58,568 nt of DNA from Myxococcales bacterium (GTDB lineage: Bacteria; Myxococcota_A; UBA9160; SMWR01): positions 1-58,568 of the forward strand of contig JABSQW010000072.1 of assembly GCA_013215605.1 (NCBI GenBank), given 5' to 3'. This document shows, one piece after another, positions 9,716-22,224 of this stretch. The notes under the pieces are model-generated. The model made no database searches. It was not told the DNA's origin and saw only the letters and a list, made by a program, of their open reading frames with translations. The position numbers were made by a program, and so were the translations under genes. How positions within the stretch are numbered: position 1 is the stretch's first letter; each line of letters begins with the position of its first letter.

Positions 9716-10735
9716 ATGTCCTCACCGAAGATTTCGCTCGAAGAGCTCACCCGCTTCGGGATCGCACCAGAGGACGAGCTCTTCCATGTGCACAGCTCCC
9801 GACCGGAGTGGTGGAACGAATCGTTCTCGTGGGACTGGTTCGACGAGCGCGGCGAGCGCGCCGGTCACTGCCGATTCGCGACGTTTCCGAATCAGGATCG
9901 AGCCTGGGTCTGCCTCTACCTCTACGACGGTGCCGGCGACGGCGCTCCCGAGTGGATCGCCCTCGACGAACCGCGCCTCCCCCTCGCAAATGTCGACCGC
10001 GACGAGCTCACGTTTCGCTCCGCGGGCTTCGAGCTCCGCTACCAGCCCTTCGACCCTCTGCGCACCGGCAGTCTTGGCTTCTCGGGTCGCGGTCGCGCGT
10101 TGTCCGGGCCGCGCGCCGGAGCGCTCATCGACCTCGACCTCGACCTCGAGATCGCCGGCATCGACGCGCCGCACTCGCGCGGAGTCAGGAACGTGGCCAG
10201 CGCCGAGTCCACAGGCGTGTCGACGAATCGCTTCGTGCAGTCGACCGACGTCCACGGCACGATTCGGGCGGGTTCCGACCCAGTGGAGTTCGTGGGCTTC
10301 GGCGATCGCGATCACGCGTGGGGCCCTCGCAGCTGGAACATGGAGTGGGAGTTCGTATCGCTGCGCGGACCGGGCCGCCGCCTGCAGGCCGCTGTGCGGA
10401 AGATCCCGAACGTCGGCCGCTTCGCGACGGGGTTCGTTCTCGGTGACGAGTTCACATCGGTCAGCGAGGCCGATTTCCGCGTCGAGTTCGAACGTGGCCC
10501 GCAGTCGGTTCCGACCCGCGCGAGCCTCGCGATCAAGACGGAGGACTCGAAGCTGATCACGGGGCATCTCGAGCCGATCTCCGGCGTCGAGATCGATCTC
10601 TCCCACACCGACTCGCCACGCGAACGCACGCGCTTCCACCGCACGCTCGTGCGCTTCGTCGAGGACGGCGTCAAGCCGCGCAGGAAGCGCCCGCCGACCA
10701 TCGGCTGGTTCGAGACGAACCGCTACCTCGAATAG
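9716..10735 (+). CDS. Hypothetical protein, tocopherol-cyclase/lipocalin-like beta-barrel family
   Basis: EWWNESFSWDWFD and GDRDHAWGPRSW motifs; GGAG RBS. Confidence 0.65.
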   Translation: MSSPKISLEELTRFGIAPEDELFHVHSSRPEWWNESFSWDWFDERGERAGHCRFATFPNQDRAWVCLYLYDGAGDGAPEWIALDEPRLPLANVDRDELTFRSAGFELRYQPFDPLRTGSLGFSGRGRALSGPRAGALIDLDLDLEIAGIDAPHSRGVRNVASAESTGVSTNRFVQSTDVHGTIRAGSDPVEFVGFGDRDHAWGPRSWNMEWEFVSLRGPGRRLQAAVRKIPNVGRFATGFVLGDEFTSVSEADFRVEFERGPQSVPTRASLAIKTEDSKLITGHLEPISGVEIDLSHTDSPRERTRFHRTLVRFVEDGVKPRRKRPPTIGWFETNRYLE

Positions 10736-10946
10736 CCGAGGGTCCCCACCAGCCCCCGGGGAAACCCCAAGGGCCTCGATGGAGCCCTCTCAGCCTCTGG
10801 GTCGCGTGCAGCTCCCTCTGCAACGCGCTGATCTGGCGGGACTAACTCCCCATTTCTGCACACGCGCTCGAAGTGATGCGGCGGTACCCTATCCCTGTCG
10901 CCGCATCGGCGAGTGGCGTCTACGCGGACACTCCAGGGAGGGCCGA

Positions 10947-13301
10947 ATGGACAACGCGGACAAGACCCGCGAGCAGCTCCTGGCTGAGCTCGCGGAGCTG
11001 CGCGACGACGTCAGCGAGCGAAGTCAGAGCCGTGCTCGTGTCTTCGAGAGCGTCCGCGCCATCATCATCGAGATGGATGCGGGCGGCCGCTTCACGTACG
11101 TGAGTCCTACGGTTACCGAGGTGCTGGGCTACCTCCCCGATGAGGTCTACTCGACCCAGGACCGGAACTTCCTCCACACAGACGATCGCGAGCCTCTCGC
11201 CGAACTCCTCCGGAAGATCACCTCTTCGGGCCAGGCGGAGGTGACCCATATCCGTGTCCGCCACAAGGCGGGACACTGGCTCTGGCTCTCCATCAGCATC
11301 GACGGGTACCGCGATGGAAGCGGCGAAACCCACACCGTCGCCCTGGCGCGTGACGTCACCGCCGAGTTCGAAGCCTCCGAGTCCCTGCGCGTGAGTGAAG
11401 CGCGCTACCGCGCGCTCGCGGAGAACGTGATGGATCTCATCCTGGAGATCGACGAAGACGGTGAGTACACGTACATCGGGCCGAACTGCGAGGCCATCCT
11501 CGGATATACAGCCGAGCAGCTGCGATCGGGAGATCTTCGCGGCCCGCCGAACCTGACTCCGGAAACAAACGGGCTCCTCAGTTCGTACTTCGAAGAGGGC
11601 TCCTCTCAAACGGCCGCGGTCGTGTACCGCTTCCGACACGGCAACGGCTCCTGGCACTGGCTCGAGAGCTCCGGCAGCGCGCGCCGCGGTCCGGACGGAC
11701 AACGGCGCACCGTGATCATCTCGCGCGACGTGACCGAGCGGACGAAGGCCGAGCAGGATCTCGCGATGAGCGAGGCGCGCTACCGCCGGCTCGCCGATGT
11801 CAGCGAGGAGTGGATCACCGAATCCGATCACGAGGGCCGCCTCCTCTACGCGAGTCAGAACTGCGAAAAAGTTTTCGGGCGATCGGTCAAATCTTTCATC
11901 GGCACCACGCCCCTCTGGGTCATCCACCCCGACGACGTCGAGGAGCGCGCCGCCAAGGACATCGAGGCAACGCTCAACGGCGAGCCGTTCACCACCAAGC
12001 CGTACCGCGTATTCCACGCCGACGGAAGCTGGCTCTGGGTGGAGTCGCGGGGGTGTACCTACCGCGGTCCCGACGGAAACCCCGTCATCCTTCGTGTCAC
12101 GCGAGAGATCACCGATCGCGTCCAGGCGGAGGAGGAAAAACGCGAACTCGAGGCGCGGATGCAGCAGGCGCAGAAGCTCGAGGGCCTCGGCGTCATGGCG
12201 GGCGGTATCGCGCACGACTTCAACAACCTGCTCACGCCGATCCTCGGCGACACGTCACTCGCGCTGCTCGATCTGCCGCCGGAATCGCCGGTGCGCCCGC
12301 GCCTCCAGAAGGTTCAGGCAGCGGCTCACCGCGCCGCCGCCCTCACGAATCAGATGCTCGCCTACGCGGGCGAGGAGACCCTCCACATCGAGAGCGTGAA
12401 CCTCTCGAACCTCGTCGAAGAGATGGGAACGCTGCTCGAAACTGCGGCGTCCCGCGAGGCGATCGTCGAGTACGAGATCGCCAGCGATCTCCCGTTCGTG
12501 GAGGCCGACGCGGCGCGTCTGAGCCAAGTGGTGATGAACCTGATCACCAACGCCTCGGAAGCGCTCGGCCACGACGAAGGGCGCATCACCCTCAGCACGG
12601 GAACCGTCGACCTCACCAGCAACCAGCTCCAGCTGCTCGTGATGGGAAGCGATCGACCGGCGGGGGAGTACTGCTTCGCCGAGGTACGCGATACCGGCTG
12701 CGGCATGGACGCCGAGACGCTGTCGAAGATCTTCGATCCGTTCTTCACCACGAAGCTGACGGGCCGAGGGCTCGGTCTCGCGGCGGTGCTGGGCATCGTG
12801 CAATCCCACCGGGGCGCGATCGACCTGCGAAGCACACCCGGAAAAGGGACCACGTTCCGCGTGCTGTTCCCGTCGACGAAACGGCGCTTCGAAGCACACG
12901 CCGCGCCGATACTCGACGCCGGCGACTGGCAGACCGAGGGCCTCGTCCTCGTGGTGGACGACGAAGAAGGCGTGCGGGATCTCTGCGCCGACACGCTCGC
13001 CCGCGCCGGCCTCGACGTGATCTGCGCGACGAACGGGCGCGAGGGCATCGAGCTCTTCGAGCGCCACCAGGACGAGATCCGCGCCGTGCTGCTCGATCGA
13101 ACCATGCCCACCACGAGTGGCGAGGAAGCGTTCATCGAAATGCGGCGTATTCAGCCGAACGCCCGCATCATCCTCGTCAGCGGCTATTCGAAGGATGAGG
13201 CGGGGCAGAGATTCATGGACAAGGGCCTCGACGCCTTCCTCAAGAAGCCCTTCCTCCCCTCCTCGCTGCTGCGGATGATGCGCGAGGTCCTCGAGCGCTA
13301 G
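10947..13301 (+). CDS. Cytoplasmic hybrid sensor kinase (3x PAS, HisKA, HATPase, REC)
   Basis: Three PAS/PAC repeats, GIAHDFNNLL, NLITNA, DTGCGM, FDPFFTTK, GLGL, C-terminal VVDDE...LLDRTMP; GGGAGG RBS. Confidence 0.95.
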   Translation: MDNADKTREQLLAELAELRDDVSERSQSRARVFESVRAIIIEMDAGGRFTYVSPTVTEVLGYLPDEVYSTQDRNFLHTDDREPLAELLRKITSSGQAEVTHIRVRHKAGHWLWLSISIDGYRDGSGETHTVALARDVTAEFEASESLRVSEARYRALAENVMDLILEIDEDGEYTYIGPNCEAILGYTAEQLRSGDLRGPPNLTPETNGLLSSYFEEGSSQTAAVVYRFRHGNGSWHWLESSGSARRGPDGQRRTVIISRDVTERTKAEQDLAMSEARYRRLADVSEEWITESDHEGRLLYASQNCEKVFGRSVKSFIGTTPLWVIHPDDVEERAAKDIEATLNGEPFTTKPYRVFHADGSWLWVESRGCTYRGPDGNPVILRVTREITDRVQAEEEKRELEARMQQAQKLEGLGVMAGGIAHDFNNLLTPILGDTSLALLDLPPESPVRPRLQKVQAAAHRAAALTNQMLAYAGEETLHIESVNLSNLVEEMGTLLETAASREAIVEYEIASDLPFVEADAARLSQVVMNLITNASEALGHDEGRITLSTGTVDLTSNQLQLLVMGSDRPAGEYCFAEVRDTGCGMDAETLSKIFDPFFTTKLTGRGLGLAAVLGIVQSHRGAIDLRSTPGKGTTFRVLFPSTKRRFEAHAAPILDAGDWQTEGLVLVVDDEEGVRDLCADTLARAGLDVICATNGREGIELFERHQDEIRAVLLDRTMPTTSGEEAFIEMRRIQPNARIILVSGYSKDEAGQRFMDKGLDAFLKKPFLPSSLLRMMREVLER

Positions 13302-13338
13302 CGAGCTCGAAGCGCGCGTATCGAGCCGAAGGCGAGCG
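13302..13338 (-). repeat. Partial copy of REP-like intergenic element
   Basis: Reverse complement CGCTCGCCTTCGGCTCGATACGCGCGCTTCG aligns with CGCTCGCCGATGGCTCGCTGCGCGCGCTTCG in the 52488 copy. Confidence 0.55.
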
Positions 13339-13417
13339 TTACCGGATCGTCAGGAGCGGCGGCTCGCTCGGGATCATCGGGCGCAGAATCGAATCTTCAG
13401 TATTCTCGGACTTCCCC

Positions 13418-16276
<2,859 letters not shown>

Positions 16277-16289
16277 CCAGTCCACGCAC

Positions 16290-17663
16290 GTGACGAGAAC
16301 CGGCGCGCGGGCCCGGAACAGCGGCCGTAGCCCCGTGGTGGCACTCGTCGCTTCCTTCGCCGTCCTCGGCTGCGCGGTCGACGCCCCCACGAACGACCGA
16401 CCCAACCTCGTCCTGATCGTGGTCGACACGCTGCGCGCCGACGCGCTCACCCCCTACGGAGCGCCCGACACCGCTTCGCCGAACATCGACCGCCTCGCCC
16501 GGAGCGGCGCGACGTTCGACAACGCCGTTGCGGTGTCGCCGTGGACCGGACCTTCGGTGTCCAGCATGGTCACCGGTCGCTATCCCAACGAGCTCGGCAT
16601 CCACGATCTGCGCACTCCGCTGCCGCCGAACGCCACCACGCTCGCGATCCACCTCGGCCGCGCGGGCTATACAACGGGTGCGGTGGTGTCGAACGACATC
16701 GCCGGACCCTCGTACGGCCACGCGGTCGGCTATGACTTCTTTCACTTCGAGTCGTACAAGGGCGAGCGCAGTGACGGCCCTCGCCTGCCCGCCTTCCGCG
16801 CCGATGGAGTCACCGGGGTCGCCGTCGCGTGGATCGAAGACCGCGGTCCCTCGCTCTTCTTCGGTCCGGCGCCGCCTTTCTTCCTGCACGTTCACTACAC
16901 CGATCCCCACGAGCCGTACCTTCCACCCGCGGTCTTTCGAGACGCCGCGCTCGAGGGTCTCGAGAGGCTCGACGATCGGTATCTCCTCGAGAAGACCTTC
17001 GTCAGCTCTCCACCGACGCAGGGGCAGCTCGCGTCCCTCGAGGCGTCGTACCGTGGGGAGGTGGCATTCGTCGATGCCCAGATCGGGCGCCTGCTCGCGT
17101 CGCTGCCCGAAAACACGGCGGTGGTACTGGCGAGCGACCACGGCGAGGAGTTCTGGGACCACGGAGGCTTCCTGCACGGGCACAGCCTGTACGAGGAGTT
17201 GCTCAGGGTCGCGATGATCGTGCGGGGTCCGGGAGTCCCGCCGGGCGTTCGGGTCGCGTCGACGGTTTCGCACGTCGACATCGCGCCAACGCTGCTCGAC
17301 TTCGCGGGGATCGAGCCTTCCGGCGCTGCGGCGATGTCGGGTCGTAGCCTGCTGGCCCTCGCTCGTGGCGAAGTCGCGGACGAGCCGACGGTGTTCTCGG
17401 CGGTTGCGACGGAGCGCGGTGAATGGCTGACCGCGCGCAGCGGCGCGTTCAAGCTGCACGTCCTGCCGCGTACCGCTCGGGTGCAGCTCTTCGACGTCGA
17501 ACGCGATCCGCGCGAGCACCGCGACCTCTCGGGGCAGCGGCCGGCGGTGACGCGGAAACTCCGCGAAGCCCTCGTCGACTGGCAGGGGCGCGGCTCGGCC
17601 CGAACCACGGGCGCCGACCCGAAACGCCTCGAAGCGCTGCGTGCGATCGGCTACATCGAGTGA
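16290..17663 (+). CDS. Sulfatase-like (alkaline phosphatase superfamily) lipoprotein
   Basis: VVDTLRAD, SPWTGPS, DPHEPY, SDHGEEF, HGHSLY; lipobox VLGC; start approximate. Confidence 0.85.
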   Translation: MTRTGARARNSGRSPVVALVASFAVLGCAVDAPTNDRPNLVLIVVDTLRADALTPYGAPDTASPNIDRLARSGATFDNAVAVSPWTGPSVSSMVTGRYPNELGIHDLRTPLPPNATTLAIHLGRAGYTTGAVVSNDIAGPSYGHAVGYDFFHFESYKGERSDGPRLPAFRADGVTGVAVAWIEDRGPSLFFGPAPPFFLHVHYTDPHEPYLPPAVFRDAALEGLERLDDRYLLEKTFVSSPPTQGQLASLEASYRGEVAFVDAQIGRLLASLPENTAVVLASDHGEEFWDHGGFLHGHSLYEELLRVAMIVRGPGVPPGVRVASTVSHVDIAPTLLDFAGIEPSGAAAMSGRSLLALARGEVADEPTVFSAVATERGEWLTARSGAFKLHVLPRTARVQLFDVERDPREHRDLSGQRPAVTRKLREALVDWQGRGSARTTGADPKRLEALRAIGYIE

Positions 17664-18706
17664 CCGTGGTACAGAATCTCGGCAGGCGGAGCGTCGCGGT
17701 GCTGCTCTTCGCGCTGGCCTTCTTCGCGACGGTGAGGCTCGTGGGCTCGTTTCGCGCCACGAGCTCACTCGTCGAGGCAAAGCTCGGTCAGATCGTGCGC
17801 GATGCCGCGGACATCGACGTGATCTTCCTTGGCAACAGCCGCGCATACCGCCACGTCGACCCCGAGACGTTCGACCGTCATACGGCCGACGCGGGGCACC
17901 CGACGCGCAGCTACAACCTCGGCGCCCCCGACATGTCCTTCGCCGAGCTCGACTACGTCGTGCGCACCCTGGAGACGCTAGGCCTCGAGAATCTCCGCTG
18001 GGTCTTCATCGACCTCACCACGAGCTGGCGGGTCGATCCCCGCAACCTCGGCTCGCGGCGGGTCATCGCCTGGCACGACCTGCGGTCGTCCCTGATTGCG
18101 CTGTCGCTGGCCGCTGACGGCGAAGCGGCCGGCAGCGAAGCTGCGCCCGCGGAAGGTACGGACGCCGAATCGCCGGCGGCGCGCCACGTCTCGAACTTCT
18201 TCGTCCGGCTCACAGGCGCTGGCTACGGGCGCGATGCCACTGAGTATCTGCTGGAAGGTGGCGCGTACGACGATCCCCTCGCGGGACACGTGCGCGGATT
18301 TCTCCCCCTGACCGCGGACTCCGTGGGGGCGGAACGTCGCCACGCCCGATTTCTGAGCAACGCGTCCGCGTATCGAATGCGCATCGAACGTCTCAAGCAC
18401 TCGGCGCGCGTCGTCGGCTCTCCGGGACCTCGCCAGGAAGCGCTGCTCGAGCGACTGATCGGCGAAGCGACGGAGGCCGGCATCCGCGTCGTGCTCTACA
18501 TGCCGCCCGTGGCTTCCAGGACGCTTTGGATGAGTGAGCGTCGACCGGACAGCCCCGACTACCTCTACTTCGCGTTCAACGATCCGAACGACTACCCCGA
18601 GTTCTTCCGGGTGTCCGATCGTTTCGATCCGCAACACCTGAACGCCTCTGCGGCGCGCCGCTTCAGCAAGACCCTGGCGCTGCGGTTCGCGGCGGCGCTT
18701 CACTAG
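17660..18706 (+). CDS. SGNH-like (DltD/DUF1574-like) membrane-anchored protein
   Basis: N-terminal TM helix, FLGNSR (GxS), YNLG, C-terminal DPQHLN (DxxH); GTGA overlap with the sulfatase-like gene. Confidence 0.65.
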   Translation: MTVVQNLGRRSVAVLLFALAFFATVRLVGSFRATSSLVEAKLGQIVRDAADIDVIFLGNSRAYRHVDPETFDRHTADAGHPTRSYNLGAPDMSFAELDYVVRTLETLGLENLRWVFIDLTTSWRVDPRNLGSRRVIAWHDLRSSLIALSLAADGEAAGSEAAPAEGTDAESPAARHVSNFFVRLTGAGYGRDATEYLLEGGAYDDPLAGHVRGFLPLTADSVGAERRHARFLSNASAYRMRIERLKHSARVVGSPGPRQEALLERLIGEATEAGIRVVLYMPPVASRTLWMSERRPDSPDYLYFAFNDPNDYPEFFRVSDRFDPQHLNASAARRFSKTLALRFAAALH

Positions 18707-20805
18707 GAGTCAGGACCCGAGTCCATCTCGGTCGGTGGTCGGGGCTGAGCTTCGTTCGCGTGCAGCATCTCGGCGATGGCGTCGGCGAGATCCGATTCGC
18801 CCGATTCGCGCGCGAGCTGCTGGGCGCGCCGGTACTGTACGGTCGCTTCGCGCGGACGACCGGCGCGATCGAGCGCACTCGCCAACAACGTGACGAAGCC
18901 CGGATCCCCGGGTTCGAGGCGAACCGCGGACGAGAAGTGCTTGGCGGCGCCTCTGCCGTCGTCCATGTGGAGAAGCAGTTTTCCAAGATGGGCGTGTACC
19001 AGCGCGCGGTCCGGGTCGAGCGCGAGTGCGGCTTCGAGGTGGCGCTGCGCGCTCGCGAACTTGCCCGTCTCTACGAGCGTCACCCCGAGGTTCGCGTGAG
19101 CGTCGACCTGATCTGGCTCGAGATCGAGCGCGCGTTCGAAGCGATCGATGGCCTCATCGACGCGTCCAACGCGGACGAGCACCATTCCGAAGTTCACGTG
19201 AAGACCCGGGACCTCAGACTCCAGCGACAGAGCCGTGTCGTACGCGGCAACCGCATCCGGGTGACGGTCCTGAAGGTAGAGCGCCTGGGCGAGTCCTCCG
19301 TGCCAGACGCCGAAGCGGGGCTTCTTTCGCAGCGCCCTCCGGTAGTGGTATTCGGCTTCACGCGGGCGCCCGAGACGCAGGTGCATCTCGCCCATCGCCG
19401 CGTGAGCGAAGGCCGCGCTCGGAACGATCCGAAGCGCGGTCACGAGGTGAGCGGTAGCATCCCGATAACGCTGCTTGCGGACCAGCTCCTCGCCCATGTT
19501 GATGTGCGCAACGTAGTTGTCGGTGGTGACGGAGAGCGCGTGTTCGAAGAGGGTGAGCGTGTCGCGCCACACCCGGATCTGCAGTGAAGTCGCTACGCCG
19601 AAGCCAAGCAGCGACGCGACCGCCAGCGCGGCGACGGGACGCCGCCACCCCGGTCGTGTCGCGATGACGTCGCGCATGCAGAACACGACGGCGATCGCGA
19701 GACCGATCATCGGCAGATACGTGTACCGATCCGCGCGGGCCTGCGCACCGACCTGCACGAGGCCGATCACCGGAACGAGCATCCCCAGGAACCACAGCCA
19801 GCCAACGAGTAGATACGGCCGCTTCGCGTATCCGAGCCCGGCGAAGAGGGTCGCGAGGAGGAGCGCCGCAGCGGCGAGCACCGCTCGCCACACCTCGAGC
19901 TTCGCGCCCGGATGCGGATAGAAGACGGCGAGGTCACTCGGCCAGACGGACTTCGCCACATACCACACCGCGGACTCGGCCGCGTTCCCGACGCGCAGCG
20001 CCGGCGAGAGATGGTCGAGCGATTGGACGGCTTCCCAGCTCCCCTGCGCTGCAAGGGTGACCGCGCTCGCGATTGCAGCGAGCCCGAACAACGGAAGCTT
20101 CTCCACCACCACACCGCGCAAGCGGTTGAGATCGAGCTGGGCTGGCGCGTCGGCACGCTGCACGCGGGCGAGGGGCCAGACATCGAGAAGCAGCAGAACG
20201 AACGGCAGCGTCACGAGTGTTGGCTTCGCCATCAGACCGAGCGCGAGCAACCCGACCAGCGCGGCGTAGGGGCGCCAGCGGCCGCGGCTCAGCGACGCGT
20301 CGGCGCTCACGACGACGTACCGCGCATACGCGAGCAGGGCGAGCGCGAAGCACAGTCCGCTCAGCACATCGCGGCGGTACGACGCCCACACCACCGACTC
20401 GACGTGAAGAGGATGCAGCGCGAAGATCCCCGCCACCATCGCGCTCGACCACAGATGTCCCGTGAGTCGGCGCAGCGCCGCGAAGAGTGCGACCGCAGCC
20501 GCCGCGTGAAGGAGCAGACTCGTCGCGTGGAACGCCCACGCCTCGACCCCGAAGAGCTCGGCGTCCAGCATCCACGAGAGCCGCGTCAGGGGAAACCAGT
20601 TGGCTCCGTGGAACGACGAGAATGCCCAGCCGATGCTCTGCGGAGTGAGCCCGGCGCGAACCTGGAGGTGATCCGTGATGTAGAGATCATCGTCGTAGGC
20701 AATGAATTCGTTACCCGGCCACGGATAGAACTCCGGCGCGTAGGCGGCGAGGATCGCCAGGGCGAGGACGGCCGAGATCGCGACGTGGCTCGAGCGGAAA
20801 TTCAC
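18703..20805 (-). CDS. TMTC-like GT-C membrane glycosyltransferase with C-terminal TPRs
   Basis: First-loop YDDDLY, NWFPLT, HPLHVESVVW, ADRYTYLP, many TM helices, several TPRs. Confidence 0.85.
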   Translation of the reverse strand: MNFRSSHVAISAVLALAILAAYAPEFYPWPGNEFIAYDDDLYITDHLQVRAGLTPQSIGWAFSSFHGANWFPLTRLSWMLDAELFGVEAWAFHATSLLLHAAAAVALFAALRRLTGHLWSSAMVAGIFALHPLHVESVVWASYRRDVLSGLCFALALLAYARYVVVSADASLSRGRWRPYAALVGLLALGLMAKPTLVTLPFVLLLLDVWPLARVQRADAPAQLDLNRLRGVVVEKLPLFGLAAIASAVTLAAQGSWEAVQSLDHLSPALRVGNAAESAVWYVAKSVWPSDLAVFYPHPGAKLEVWRAVLAAAALLLATLFAGLGYAKRPYLLVGWLWFLGMLVPVIGLVQVGAQARADRYTYLPMIGLAIAVVFCMRDVIATRPGWRRPVAALAVASLLGFGVATSLQIRVWRDTLTLFEHALSVTTDNYVAHINMGEELVRKQRYRDATAHLVTALRIVPSAAFAHAAMGEMHLRLGRPREAEYHYRRALRKKPRFGVWHGGLAQALYLQDRHPDAVAAYDTALSLESEVPGLHVNFGMVLVRVGRVDEAIDRFERALDLEPDQVDAHANLGVTLVETGKFASAQRHLEAALALDPDRALVHAHLGKLLLHMDDGRGAAKHFSSAVRLEPGDPGFVTLLASALDRAGRPREATVQYRRAQQLARESGESDLADAIAEMLHANEAQPRPPTEMDSGPDS

Positions 20806-21100
20806 GCGGACCTCGTCATGGGGGCCGGAGTGTAGCCCCGACCCCTGCGCCCGGGGGGCGATCCGCTTCGCAGAAGCCGGTCGCTGCTTCGAGGATTCCT
20901 ACCGCCACAAAGACGCGATCGAGTACACCCTGTAGGCGGGGACGACACCAAGATCCTCGAGCTCCTCGAGAAGTCGGGCGGCTACCGCGCAGGTCAGCCT
21001 CTCTCATCGATCGCCGGTCGGCGCGGTGCGTTGTCGGTGACAGACGTCTGTCGCCTCGGCCGATTGATCGACGGCCCTGCAGACCGCTCGAGTCGAGCGT

Positions 21101-22096
21101 CTAGAACATGCCGCGCTGGTGTCCCTTGATCGGGTGCGGCTGGTAGGGCGCCTCCAACGCGGCTGCTTCTTCGTCGGTCAGCTCGATGTCGAGCGCACCG
21201 AGGGCATCGTCGAAGTGCTCGAGCTTCGTCGCCCCGATGATCGGCGCTGTGACCGAGGGTTGGCGCAGCAGCCAAGCCAACGCGACCTGGGGCATCGAGG
21301 CCCCCCGCTTCTCGGCCACGCTGCGAACGGCCTCGACCACGTCCCAGTCGGACGCCTGGTCGTAGAGGTAGCTCGAGATCTCGTCGGATCCAGCGCGGGT
21401 GGTCGATTCCCGGTCGTCGAGCGAGCTGCGCTTGCCGCCGAGCAATCCGCGAGCAAGCGGCGACCAGGGAATCGACCCCAGTCCCTCGGTCTCGCACAGC
21501 GGCAGCATCTCGCGCTCTTCCTCGCGGTAGATGAGGTTGTAGTGGTTCTGCACGCTCACGAACCGCGCCCAGCCGTTGCGCTCGGAGACTGAAAGAGCGC
21601 GCATCAATTCCCACGCGAACATCGAGCTCGCCCCGAGATAGCGGACCTTCCCCTGGGTTACGAGGTGTTGGAGCGCCGCCAGCGTCTCTTCGATGGGCGT
21701 GTTCCGGTCGACCCGATGGATCTGGTAGAGATCGATGCAATCGACGCCGAGACGTCGGAGACTCGCCTCGCACGCCTGTTGAATGTGCTTTCGCGAGAGG
21801 CCGCCCATGTTGGGCCGCTTGTTCAGCGGCATGAAGACCTTCGTCGCTAGGACGCACTCGTCGAGATTCGCGTACTCGCGTAGCGCCCGTCCCGTGACCT
21901 CCTCACTGGCACCGAGCGAGTACCCGTCGGCTGTGTCGAAGAAGTTGACACCCGCCTCGACGGCCCGGCGGAAGAAGGGCTTCGCATTCGCTTCTTCGAG
22001 CACCCACGGCCGCCACTCGGGTGTCCCGTAGCTCATGCATCCGAGACAGAGGCGCGAGACACGGAGACCCGTCGTTCCAAGGCGTACGTATTTCAT
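21101..22096 (-). CDS. Aldo/keto reductase
   Basis: VSRLCLGCMSYG, FFDTADGY, DLYQIHR, QNHYNL, PWSPLARG; strong RBS. Confidence 0.95.
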   Translation of the reverse strand: MKYVRLGTTGLRVSRLCLGCMSYGTPEWRPWVLEEANAKPFFRRAVEAGVNFFDTADGYSLGASEEVTGRALREYANLDECVLATKVFMPLNKRPNMGGLSRKHIQQACEASLRRLGVDCIDLYQIHRVDRNTPIEETLAALQHLVTQGKVRYLGASSMFAWELMRALSVSERNGWARFVSVQNHYNLIYREEEREMLPLCETEGLGSIPWSPLARGLLGGKRSSLDDRESTTRAGSDEISSYLYDQASDWDVVEAVRSVAEKRGASMPQVALAWLLRQPSVTAPIIGATKLEHFDDALGALDIELTDEEAAALEAPYQPHPIKGHQRGMF

Positions 22097-22224
22097 CCTT
22101 CGTCCTCCTTCGTGTCGATTCCGACGCGGGGAATGATACGCGGATGGGGCGGAAATCCGGAACATCGTCGGATTCGCACCGGCCGACTCGTCGACACGCG
22201 AAACTGGCGGCTGCGTCCCCGGGG

